Positions 10,917 to 19,652 of a stretch of DNA of 57,462 nt are shown here, piece by piece. Numbering within the stretch: position 1 is the stretch's first letter; each line of letters begins with the position of its first letter. Under the pieces are notes generated by a model that was not told where the DNA came from, did no database searches, and saw only the letters and a list, made by a program, of their open reading frames with translations. This DNA is from Nostoc sp. DedSLP01 (GTDB lineage Bacteria; Cyanobacteriota; Cyanobacteriia; Cyanobacteriales; Nostocaceae), in the NCBI GenBank assembly GCA_034530875.2, contig JAVRCJ020000041.1:1-57462 (forward strand). Direction: 5' to 3'. Both the position numbers and the translations under genes were made by a program.

Positions 10917-11568
10917 ACTTTCCTTATCGCTACGTTTGCAACTGTCTCTAGCGATTGTAGTAGGGGCAGCTTTATTAAGCCATCATGCTTGGTATGGACT
11001 GAGCGTATATGGTGCGATCGCACTTTTGTGGGCTTGGCTGTTGCGCGTACCAATTCGCCGCCTGGGAGGATTACTCGGTACAGAACTGATTTTTTTATCA
11101 TTGCTGACATTACCCTTGGGATGGGAACGAGCGAGTTTTTTGCTAGTTCGTTCTCTGGTTTGTCTGATGGCAATGAATAGTTTTTTGTTAACCTTACCGC
11201 CTCACAGTTTCGGCATCGCCCTCAAAAGCTTACCCTTACCAGCACCAATCAAAGAAAACTTGCTCCTAGCTGGGCAATATATGGAGATTTTGCTCTCCGA
11301 AGTCACACGTATGCAGCGCAGCGCTCAATTACGAGGTTTGAATGGAACTGCGGCATGGCTGCGCTATGCCAGTGCTGCCACCATCGGAGCCTTGTACCTG
11401 CGTAGTCTAGATAGAGCAGAGCGAGTTTACGCAGCAATGGTAGCTCGTGGTTACAACGGACAATTGCCTATAGATTCAGATTCAACCCTGAGACCAAAAG
11501 AGCGCTTTGTCGTCTTATTCGCTTGGGCGATGGCTGCTGTTATCACCTTTGCTTCCTACACAATTTAA
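10909..11568 (+). CDS. cbiQ: Co/Ni ECF transporter T component
   Basis: LYLRSLDRAERVYAAMVARGY; overlaps the cbiM stop. Confidence 0.85.
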   Translation: MLKLSLSLRLQLSLAIVVGAALLSHHAWYGLSVYGAIALLWAWLLRVPIRRLGGLLGTELIFLSLLTLPLGWERASFLLVRSLVCLMAMNSFLLTLPPHSFGIALKSLPLPAPIKENLLLAGQYMEILLSEVTRMQRSAQLRGLNGTAAWLRYASAATIGALYLRSLDRAERVYAAMVARGYNGQLPIDSDSTLRPKERFVVLFAWAMAAVITFASYTI

Positions 11569-11641
11569 TCCACTTCCTATAGACGCGATCGCTCGCGTCT
11601 CTCCAAATTTCCTATTCCCAATTCGCTTAGATAGGTCAATT

Positions 11642-12406
11642 TTGAAATCCTTAACTTCCAACCCCCAACCATCAACCGATAAACCTCACAGTGCTGTAGT
11701 CAAGGTTGAAAACCTGGTGTATGCCTATTCTCGGCAAGAACCCGTATTACAACAAATATCTTTTACCTTGAACAGAGGCGATCGCGTCGCTTTGATGGGA
11801 GCCACCGGTTCTGGAAAAAGCACCTTACTGGAGAACCTAATCGGTTTAAAAGAACCGCAATCTGGAAAAATTACGATTAATGGCATCCCTGTAGAACCGA
11901 AAACTTTACCCCAAGTACGTCGTCAAATCGGTTTTAGCTTCCAAGATGCCAACGACCAATTATTTATGCCCACCATTTTAGAAGATGTGACCTTTGGGCC
12001 GCGCAACTATGGCATGTCAGCAGCAGAGGCAAGCGATCGCGCCCGCCAGTTATTAGCAGATTTTGGTCTAGAAGCCTACGCCAATCGTTCTGCACACGAA
12101 CTCTCCGGCGGACAAAGACGCCTCGCAGCCCTGGCCGCCATTTTAGCCCTAGAACCAACAATTCTGATTTTGGATGAGCCGACTAACGGTCTCGATCCAG
12201 CATGGCGCCGTCATTTGGCACAAGTATTGTTAAAGTTACCCGTGGAAGTGATGTTAATTGCCTCCCACGATTTGCACTGGTTAGGTAGAGTTACTCAACG
12301 CGCTTTGGTACTATCTGGCGGTCGCATTCAAATAGACAGTGATATTCAACCACTTTTGCAAAACGGTGCTATTTTAGACCAGTTAGGTTTGCCAATAGAT
12401 TGGTGA
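11642..12406 (+). CDS. cbiO: Co/Ni ECF transporter ATPase (start uncertain, ORF track 11507)
   Basis: GATGSGKS, FQDANDQLF, LSGGQ, ILDEPT, ASHD. Confidence 0.88.
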   Translation: MKSLTSNPQPSTDKPHSAVVKVENLVYAYSRQEPVLQQISFTLNRGDRVALMGATGSGKSTLLENLIGLKEPQSGKITINGIPVEPKTLPQVRRQIGFSFQDANDQLFMPTILEDVTFGPRNYGMSAAEASDRARQLLADFGLEAYANRSAHELSGGQRRLAALAAILALEPTILILDEPTNGLDPAWRRHLAQVLLKLPVEVMLIASHDLHWLGRVTQRALVLSGGRIQIDSDIQPLLQNGAILDQLGLPIDW

Positions 12407-12447
12407 TTTGAGTATGGGATACGAGGAGATGGGGAGTGTGGAGAGAG

Positions 12448-12628
12448 CTACGGTGTATACACAAGTCGAATTACCCCCCTTAATCCCCCCGATGTCTTGG
12501 GGGGAAATAGAAAACGTAATCTCCTCCCCTTGTCAAGGGGGTAAATACAAAACCTAATCCCCTCCCCTTGACAAGGTGGGGTAATCTAACGACTTGTAGT
12601 AATTTGATAACTTGTGTGTAGGCCGTAA
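12448..12628. mobile_element. MITE-like element
   Basis: CTACGGTGTATACACAAGT ... ACTTGTGTGTAGGCCGTAA imperfect TIRs; internal C/G-run hairpins such as CCCCTTGTCAAGGGG. Confidence 0.68.
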
Positions 12629-12649
12629 CCCTTGTGGGTGGCTGTATTT

Positions 12650-12677
12650 AATTTTGAATTTTGAATTTTGAATTTTG
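12650..12677 (+). repeat. STRR heptamer tract (AATTTTG)x4
   Basis: Direct reading of the tandem repeat. Confidence 0.85.
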
Positions 12678-12704
12678 AATTGATTTATTGCTCTTGGGGT
12701 CTTA

Positions 12705-13181
12705 ATGTCTCTTTCATATAAATATACTGTTCTTGCTCCTATTAGCTTGAGTATTGCTTTGTTGATTGCTAGTTGCACCGAAAATAAAGCTTCCCAGTGC
12801 CAGCGGCTGGTTCAAGTCGTGAATGAAGGAACGTCACTAATTGATAAAAATAAAGGAACGCAAGTGATCACAAGCATTCAGCTGTCTAAAGATTTGCAAT
12901 TTATTACTAAATCGATTAAAGAACTAAATTTAACAGACCCCAAGTTGAAAGAATATCAAAGCGGCTTTGTCAAGATTTTTCAGGATCTCAGTCAAGCGAT
13001 CGCCAAAGCCGGTAGGGCACTAGGTGCAACAAAAATAGCACAAGCCTCGGCAACTGGGAGGGAGAGAATTCAAAAGTCTAGAGCCGAAATTGATTCATCA
13101 CTAACGGCCGCTGAAACTCTTGGCAAGCAGTCAGATAAGTTAATCAATGAAATGAATAAGTATTGCAGCCAGCCAGAGTAA
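12705..13181 (+). CDS. Hypothetical alpha-helical lipoprotein
   Basis: Hydrophobic leader with lipobox LIASC; two further Cys near the termini of the mature protein. Confidence 0.75.
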   Translation: MSLSYKYTVLAPISLSIALLIASCTENKASQCQRLVQVVNEGTSLIDKNKGTQVITSIQLSKDLQFITKSIKELNLTDPKLKEYQSGFVKIFQDLSQAIAKAGRALGATKIAQASATGRERIQKSRAEIDSSLTAAETLGKQSDKLINEMNKYCSQPE

Positions 13182-13405
13182 AGGCTGGAGGGGCAGAGGG
13201 GCAGGGGGAGTGTGGGGAGAAAGATAATTTATGCCCCCTGAACTTCCCACACCTTCCACACTCCTAACTTTTAACTCAGCACTTCTTAATCTCATCAAAT
13301 TTAAGTAACTTTTATCACTCTTTTTTTAGAAATATTCCTGATACTCATCAATTTTTACTGTCAAAAGAAATATTGGTGCAAGTTAAATGAATTACCAGGA
13401 GTGAT

Positions 13406-15268
13406 ATGAGTCTACTGATGGCGAGTGTATTAGTAACAGCGCCAATATCTGCGCTAAATGTACCGGTAGAACCGATAATTGAGCCAAATAATCTGGTGCA
13501 GCAGTCACCACGAGAAAATTTATCTCTAGTAGTCCCTGTTGCTAAAATTACACCGCCTGAATTTGTACAGCCAGATATAAGTACCTCAACAGTTGTAAAA
13601 AGTAAGTACGAAAATATACTGAAAAAAAGTAGAGAAAAAATTCAATTTATCAGTTCTTCTAACTCGCCTGAATCAAAAAACACCCAGCCTCTAACAAAGG
13701 AATCTGACAAAAATTCTCCCCATCTCCCTCTCTCTCAATCTCTCAATAGCCCAGATTCAGACAACCCAATGTCTCAAGTCACTTCAGTTTCCCAACTTGA
13801 AGACGTGCAACCCTCTGACTGGGCTTTTGGTGCTTTGCAGTCTTTGGTAGAACGCTACGGCTGTATTGCGGGATATGCTGATGGTACTTATTTAGGAAAT
13901 CGTAGTATCAGCCGTTATGAGTTTGCGGCTGGTTTAAATGCTTGTCTGGAAAAGATTAACGAAGCGCTCGCTAACAATACACTTAACACCGTTAACAATG
14001 AAGATTTAATCCTGCTGCAAAGGTTGCAAGGTGAATTCAAAGCCGAGTTGCAACAATTACAGCAGCGTGTAGAAGTTTTAGAAAACCACACAAGTGAATT
14101 AGAAAAGAATCGGTTTTCTACAACTACCAGATTATTTGGCCAAGCTGTTTTTAGCCTTCAGGGAACCAATACAACCGATGTAGATTTGTTTCCTAGAGAT
14201 GGAATACCCGAACGCCAGGGAAAAACCAATGTCACTTTCACCGGTAGCGCCCAGCTAACCTTAGCAACTTCATTTACTGGGCGAGATTTGCTGTTAACAG
14301 GGCTATCGGCTGGGAATTTAGGTTCTAATGCGTCGTTGGTATCTACTAATATGGGACGGTTGGGTTTCGAGTCCAATACAAACAACAATCTAGTTGTTAG
14401 CGACTTATCTTATCGATTTCTGGCCTCGAAGAACTTGGGAATTGTCGTCGGTACCGCAGGAGTTAACCCCATCAATACCTTTCGCGGTATTAACCCCTTA
14501 GAAGGTTCTAGCGACGGTGCAATTTCTCTATTTGGTCAGCGTAACCCGATTTTGGGCATTGGTAACGGCACTGGCGGTATAGGTTTTGACTGGGAAATTA
14601 GCGATCGCATTAGTTTGCAAGGCGTTTATAGTGCAGAAATTCCCAGTTTTCCAGGCAATAGCAAGCAGGGTGGATTATTTGGTGGTAGATATACTGCTGG
14701 CGCTCAGTTAAGTTTAGCGCCCACCGATAACATCGATGTCGGCATACATTACCTTTATTCCCACTCCCCAGATGGCTTACTGGGAGCAGGTATCGGTGAT
14801 TCTCAACTGATTTCGCCTTTTGCCAATCCTACAGCTTTCGATACCCAAGCAATTGGTGCTACCGTCGCTTGGCGAATTAACCCTAACTTGCACTTAGGCG
14901 GTTGGGGTGGCTTCACTTCCTCCAAACCATCCAATCTTTCTGGAACTGTAGAAACTACTAATTGGGTGGTATTTGCGGCTTTTCCCAATTTGCTGCGTCG
15001 TGGCAATTTAGGGGGCATTCTTGTAGGACAGCCGCCGAAAATTACTTCTAGCACTTTACCTGAGGGATTTAATTTTCCCAACTTTTCTGATGGAGGAACA
15101 GCAGGCGGACGCAGCGATACATCAATTCACGTAGAACTTTTTTACCGCGCCCAACTGAGTGAAAATATTGCCCTGACTCCCGGTTTATTTGTCGTTTTCA
15201 ACCCAGATCACAATGCTGCTAACGATGCTTTAGTAGTTGGAACATTAAGGGCAACTTTCCGGTTTTAA
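13406..15268 (+). CDS. SLH-domain outer-membrane porin (SomA/OprB-like, iron-uptake porin family)
   Basis: MSQVTSVSQLEDVQPSDWAFGALQSLVERYGCI SLH signature, coiled coil, FSTTTRL, C-terminal GTLRATFRF. Confidence 0.9.
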   Translation: MSLLMASVLVTAPISALNVPVEPIIEPNNLVQQSPRENLSLVVPVAKITPPEFVQPDISTSTVVKSKYENILKKSREKIQFISSSNSPESKNTQPLTKESDKNSPHLPLSQSLNSPDSDNPMSQVTSVSQLEDVQPSDWAFGALQSLVERYGCIAGYADGTYLGNRSISRYEFAAGLNACLEKINEALANNTLNTVNNEDLILLQRLQGEFKAELQQLQQRVEVLENHTSELEKNRFSTTTRLFGQAVFSLQGTNTTDVDLFPRDGIPERQGKTNVTFTGSAQLTLATSFTGRDLLLTGLSAGNLGSNASLVSTNMGRLGFESNTNNNLVVSDLSYRFLASKNLGIVVGTAGVNPINTFRGINPLEGSSDGAISLFGQRNPILGIGNGTGGIGFDWEISDRISLQGVYSAEIPSFPGNSKQGGLFGGRYTAGAQLSLAPTDNIDVGIHYLYSHSPDGLLGAGIGDSQLISPFANPTAFDTQAIGATVAWRINPNLHLGGWGGFTSSKPSNLSGTVETTNWVVFAAFPNLLRRGNLGGILVGQPPKITSSTLPEGFNFPNFSDGGTAGGRSDTSIHVELFYRAQLSENIALTPGLFVVFNPDHNAANDALVVGTLRATFRF

Positions 15269-15407
15269 TTTTGTAACAGTGTAAATGTAACTAAATATGC
15301 TTTTTGAGTACTGAAAATTTCAGTATTTAAATACTTTCATTCCCCAATGCAAACAGGAAAAAAATCATGCGTATTTTTTCAGATGCGATTGAAGGAGCAA
15401 ATTTTTC

Positions 15408-16670
15408 ATGAAATTACATCAATCAACTCATACCGATTCGAGAAATTGCGATCGCAACCCGAAATCTGTCTGGGAAAGTTCTGTTCGCCTAAAATCTCAA
15501 AATTTGAAATTGTATCAGTTGGGTTGTGCAGTTGTTAGCAGCAGCAGTTTAGCTGCAGTCATCATTGCTTTAGGCGGGACAAGTGCTTTAGCTCAAATAA
15601 CGATTCAAAGCAGTGGCACATTATCAGGTACAATTCAACTTCCTTCCAACAATCCGAATTTCAATAAAAGCATTACTCGTGTTGATACAGACGATACAGG
15701 GACTTACTCGCGGAATTTAGGTACTAAAAGCAATCCTAATTACGTTCCTGTATACAAGTCAGACTACGTGAAAGTCGAAACACGCTCTGATGGTAGTTTG
15801 CATTACTTTGTTGACTTTACAGGGATTCCCATTATCTCTTTCAACGGCGTTCTGAATTCGCCTGTTCTTTCTGATGGCAATTTGACACCTTTTAAATACC
15901 AGGGACAAGTGGCTGGAACTACATTTCAAGGAGTAGTTCAGGATGAATTTAATCTCACAAAAGCCTTCTACACTGGTATCGTTACCGACCCCAAAACCGG
16001 AAACCAGTATCAGGGAACATTTGAAGTCAGTGGATACGGGCCTAGATATAGCGATCGCAATGGTGGTGCAACCCCCACAGTCTTTGACTTCAAGTCCGAT
16101 TTGCCGGGTTTACCAACGGTGAAATCTTTACAAATGACTAACTCCCCCATAGGGAGATTGACAATTAAAGTACCTGCAACCGCAACTCTCATTAGTCCCA
16201 CACCCGTAAGTAGTGGTAGCACACCCACTCCTATACCGGTAGTTAGCGGTAGTACACCCACTCCTGCACCCGTAGTTAGTGGTGGTAGTACACCCACTCT
16301 GCCAGCAATCGTTGATAGCGGTAGTACGATAACTGCTGCACCAATCGTTGATAGCAGTAGTACGGTAACTGCTGCACCAATTGTTGATAGTGGTAGTACG
16401 ATAACTGCTGCACCAATCGTTGATAGCAGTAGTACGATAACTGCCGCACCGACGACTACAAACTACACACCAGGGTCTAATTCTCCATCTCTGTCTACTG
16501 CACCGAATATAGAATTCAGTAGTGGTAATTCTCCAACAGTCGATCGGGTAGTTGCCAACGCTGCAACCCTAGCTGAAGCTGCTTGTTCAAAAAATTTTGA
16601 CAATAGCTGTACAAAACCTGCTTTACCCAAACAAGCGATCGGCCCTCGCAGTCGAGTCCTAGTGCGCTAA
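15408..16670 (+). CDS. Hypothetical secreted protein with beta-rich domain and Pro/Thr/Ser repeat region
   Basis: Signal-like LAAVIIALGGTSALA-Q; tandem repeats in the C-terminal half; 420 aa open frame. Confidence 0.72.
   Translation: MKLHQSTHTDSRNCDRNPKSVWESSVRLKSQNLKLYQLGCAVVSSSSLAAVIIALGGTSALAQITIQSSGTLSGTIQLPSNNPNFNKSITRVDTDDTGTYSRNLGTKSNPNYVPVYKSDYVKVETRSDGSLHYFVDFTGIPIISFNGVLNSPVLSDGNLTPFKYQGQVAGTTFQGVVQDEFNLTKAFYTGIVTDPKTGNQYQGTFEVSGYGPRYSDRNGGATPTVFDFKSDLPGLPTVKSLQMTNSPIGRLTIKVPATATLISPTPVSSGSTPTPIPVVSGSTPTPAPVVSGGSTPTLPAIVDSGSTITAAPIVDSSSTVTAAPIVDSGSTITAAPIVDSSSTITAAPTTTNYTPGSNSPSLSTAPNIEFSSGNSPTVDRVVANAATLAEAACSKNFDNSCTKPALPKQAIGPRSRVLVR
16302..16445 (+). repeat. Intragenic tandem repeat, 4 x 36 nt (APIVDS[G/S]ST[I/V]TA), preceded by looser PTPxPVVSGS repeats
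   Basis: Unit GCACCAATCGTTGATAGCAGTAGTACGATAACTGCT read directly. Confidence 0.9.
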
Positions 16671-17180
16671 ATATTTATACGAATTTACAGATTGTAGAAT
16701 CACTTCAACTTTCAGGGGAGTCGGGAGTAGAAAAAAGCAATTTATAACCAAAAAAACCTTTTACCGCTTACCATTCCCCATTCCTTATTTCCCATCTTCA
16801 CATCAACCCTTTGACAGAAACTTCAGGTACTTCTGGAACTCTAGCAGACCAGAATGAAATCGATATACTAGCTAAGATAGATTAATATTACAATTTGAAA
16901 AACCCACAACTCAACTATTATCCAGCCTTATACAGTTCAGACTTCGTTTCTGTGGTAGATTTTACCCCGATGATTTTCTGGCTATACTAGTGACTTAAGC
17001 CGATTGGCTAAAAGTGATTAGGGATTAGGGAGTAGGTAATAATATTAAAAATACTATTTTCCACTCCGAAATTTACACTACCCAATTCCTTTTTTTGGGA
17101 TTACAGCAACTTTCTCAGTCGCTCGCATTAACACTACAAAGTAAATTTAGCTCAATTAAACCTCTTCTGAGTTAGCACCT

Positions 17181-17843
17181 ATGAAAGAAGAATTGATCGT
17201 CAGAATTTTACAGGTCTTGCGGATTAATATGAGCTGGATGACTTGGAATTTATTTTTGGCTTTTATACCTTTGGCTTTGAGTGTATGGCTATTTCGCATT
17301 AAACGCGGTCGCACTTGGCTGTGGTGGTTGGGCTTCTTAGTCTTCTATGCATTTTTACCTAATGCGCCATATTTATTGACCGATGTAATTCACTTAATAG
17401 ACGATATCCGCACTATTCAATCAGTGTGGATGATTACTTTAGTATTAATTCCTGTGTATTTGTTAGTAATTTTTGCTGGATTTCAAGCCTATGTAATATC
17501 GTTAATTAATTGGGGTTACTACTTACATCGCATCGGCAAAAATCAATGGATTTGGCGGCTGGAGTTGATTACCCACGCTCTGTGCGCTGTTGGTATTTAT
17601 TGGGGGCGTTTTTTACGTTTCAACAGTTGGGATTTCATTACTCAACCTGATGCGATATTGACCAAAGGTGTTGAAGAAATTCTTGGTAAACAGCCATTGG
17701 TAATCATTGCTATTACTTTCGCGATCCTGATGGGACTGTATTGGATTATGAAGCGAGTAACTTTAGGTTTTGTTATCCAACCGAAAAATGGATATGCGAT
17801 CGATACACAACCAGCAAATTCTAATACTCCCAATGCGGGATAA
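17181..17843 (+). CDS. DUF1361 membrane protein
   Basis: WNLFLAFIP, FLPNAPYLLTDVIHL, GIYWGRFLRFNSWD. Confidence 0.85.
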   Translation: MKEELIVRILQVLRINMSWMTWNLFLAFIPLALSVWLFRIKRGRTWLWWLGFLVFYAFLPNAPYLLTDVIHLIDDIRTIQSVWMITLVLIPVYLLVIFAGFQAYVISLINWGYYLHRIGKNQWIWRLELITHALCAVGIYWGRFLRFNSWDFITQPDAILTKGVEEILGKQPLVIIAITFAILMGLYWIMKRVTLGFVIQPKNGYAIDTQPANSNTPNAG

Positions 17844-18322
17844 ATTAAAGGTAAGGATTCAGGAGTCAGGATTCAGGAGTCAGAATAATTAAACAATTGC
17901 GCCAAGCTTTGATAAATAAATATCTTAATTCTACTGAAATCCTTATAAATTCTGACTTCTGAACGCCAGTTAGCTCCCCTGCCTTAAAAGCGACGGGATA
18001 TTTATTTGGAAGCCCCTTACATTGTTGAGCGTAGACGCTGCATCAACTTTTCCTCAGGCATCGCACATCTATAAAACCAGTTTTCAAGACAAGCGATCGC
18101 TAAATTTTCTAGAATTTGGTATCGCGAAATCTATGTATTTTTTTCAGTCACCAACAAGCAGGCATATTCCAATCAACTTGGAAACAATATATTTTTACGC
18201 CTAAAGAAAGGTATATAGACCAAATAATTCCGTATCAAAAGAAAGATGAACTTAGCAACATCAGGATTTGAAATGAATCTATGTTGTTTAATTTTTCTTG
18301 GCTGAGAACGGAGTCGAATAAT

Positions 18323-19492
18323 ATGAGCGTATTTTCTATTGATGAACTCAAAACTTTAGCAGAAAATTCTCAATCCCCGTGCATTTCTCTGTATCTGCCG
18401 ATGCAAAAAGCAGGGCCGGAGATTCGTCAAAATCCGATTCGGTTTAAAAATTTAATCCGTGAAGCTGAGGAACGCTTAGAGGCGATGGCAATTCCCCAGA
18501 CAGAAGCGCTAAATCTTCTCCAGCCAGCGAGAGAACTAGATACTACTGAGTTCTGGGAACATCAAGACAACGGATTAGCAATATTTATTTCTCCACAAGT
18601 GTTTCGCTACTACCAACTTCCAATGGAGTTTGGAGAATTGGTAGTTGTCAGCGATCGCTTCCACTTGAAACCGCTGCTACATTTGCTCAATAATGATGGC
18701 AAGTTCTACCTCTTGGCACTTGCTCAAAAAGATGTCCGGTTTTTTGAGGGAACGCGCTACAGCATTAACGAAATAGAAGTCGAAAATTTGCCTAAAAGTT
18801 TGGATGAAGTCTTGCAAGAGGACGAGATGCAAAAAGGCGTGCAACAACGGATAGCCACTTCTAAAGGCGGAACTGGCAATTCTTTTCAGCAGCCAGGTAC
18901 ATTTCACGGTCAGGGAAGCCCTGACACAGATAAGCGCCAAGAAGATATCTTACAATTTTGTCATGCCATTGATGGGGCATTGCATGAGAAATTACGCAAG
19001 CAAAAAGCACCTTTAGTTGTAGCTGGGGTTGAGTATCTTTTTCCCATTTATCAGCAAGCAAATACTTATAATCATTTGGTGGAAGCACCAATTACAGGCA
19101 ATCCCGAATTCACCAAGCTAGAAAAATTACAAGACCAAGCTTGGCAGATTGTCGAACCTCTGTTTCATCAAAATCAACAGCAAGTAATAGAACTTTACCA
19201 ACAAATAGCTGGTGAAGGTACTGGCAAAGCTTCTAGTAATCTCGAAGAAATTATTGCAGCTGCCTATTACCAAAGAGTTGATTCTTTGTTTGTCCCAGTA
19301 GGACGGCAGATTTGGGGAAAATTCGACCCAGAAACAATCGCTGTAGATATACACCCAGAACAACAACCAGAAGACTACGATTTATTAGATTTTGCTGCCA
19401 TTCATACGCTTTTAAATGGTGGAGAAGTGTATCCTGTTGAGCCAGAAAAAATGCCAAATGACGCATCAGCAGCAGCAATTTTCCGATTTTGA
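18323..19492 (+). CDS. baeRF (bacterial archaeo-eukaryotic release factor, family 3/7-like) protein
   Basis: PCISLYLP, IRFKNL, GLAIF, RFHLKPLL, PLVVAGVE, RVDSLF, terminal AAIFRF; ATG 18323 follows GGAG (ORF track 18281). Confidence 0.72.
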   Translation: MSVFSIDELKTLAENSQSPCISLYLPMQKAGPEIRQNPIRFKNLIREAEERLEAMAIPQTEALNLLQPARELDTTEFWEHQDNGLAIFISPQVFRYYQLPMEFGELVVVSDRFHLKPLLHLLNNDGKFYLLALAQKDVRFFEGTRYSINEIEVENLPKSLDEVLQEDEMQKGVQQRIATSKGGTGNSFQQPGTFHGQGSPDTDKRQEDILQFCHAIDGALHEKLRKQKAPLVVAGVEYLFPIYQQANTYNHLVEAPITGNPEFTKLEKLQDQAWQIVEPLFHQNQQQVIELYQQIAGEGTGKASSNLEEIIAAAYYQRVDSLFVPVGRQIWGKFDPETIAVDIHPEQQPEDYDLLDFAAIHTLLNGGEVYPVEPEKMPNDASAAAIFRF

Positions 19493-19652
19493 TGTTGTTA
19501 GCAGGGAACGAGGAACAGGCTATAGGTCAATACAGTTCAGTTAAGCTGATTGGGACTTCCAGAAATTAAATTATTCAATTTTTAGAGCGAAGACCACGCT
19601 CATCGTCTTCCTCCTCTGCTCCCTCTCTCTGCCTGCTCTGCTCCCCGTTCCC

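Noticed and set aside
12554..12778. 74-aa minus-strand ORF
   Set aside because: Made of translated STRR and MITE sequence and overlaps the lipoprotein gene
16302..16445. 36-nt repeats as a CRISPR array
   Set aside because: Tandem with no spacers, in frame within a CDS, no cas genes
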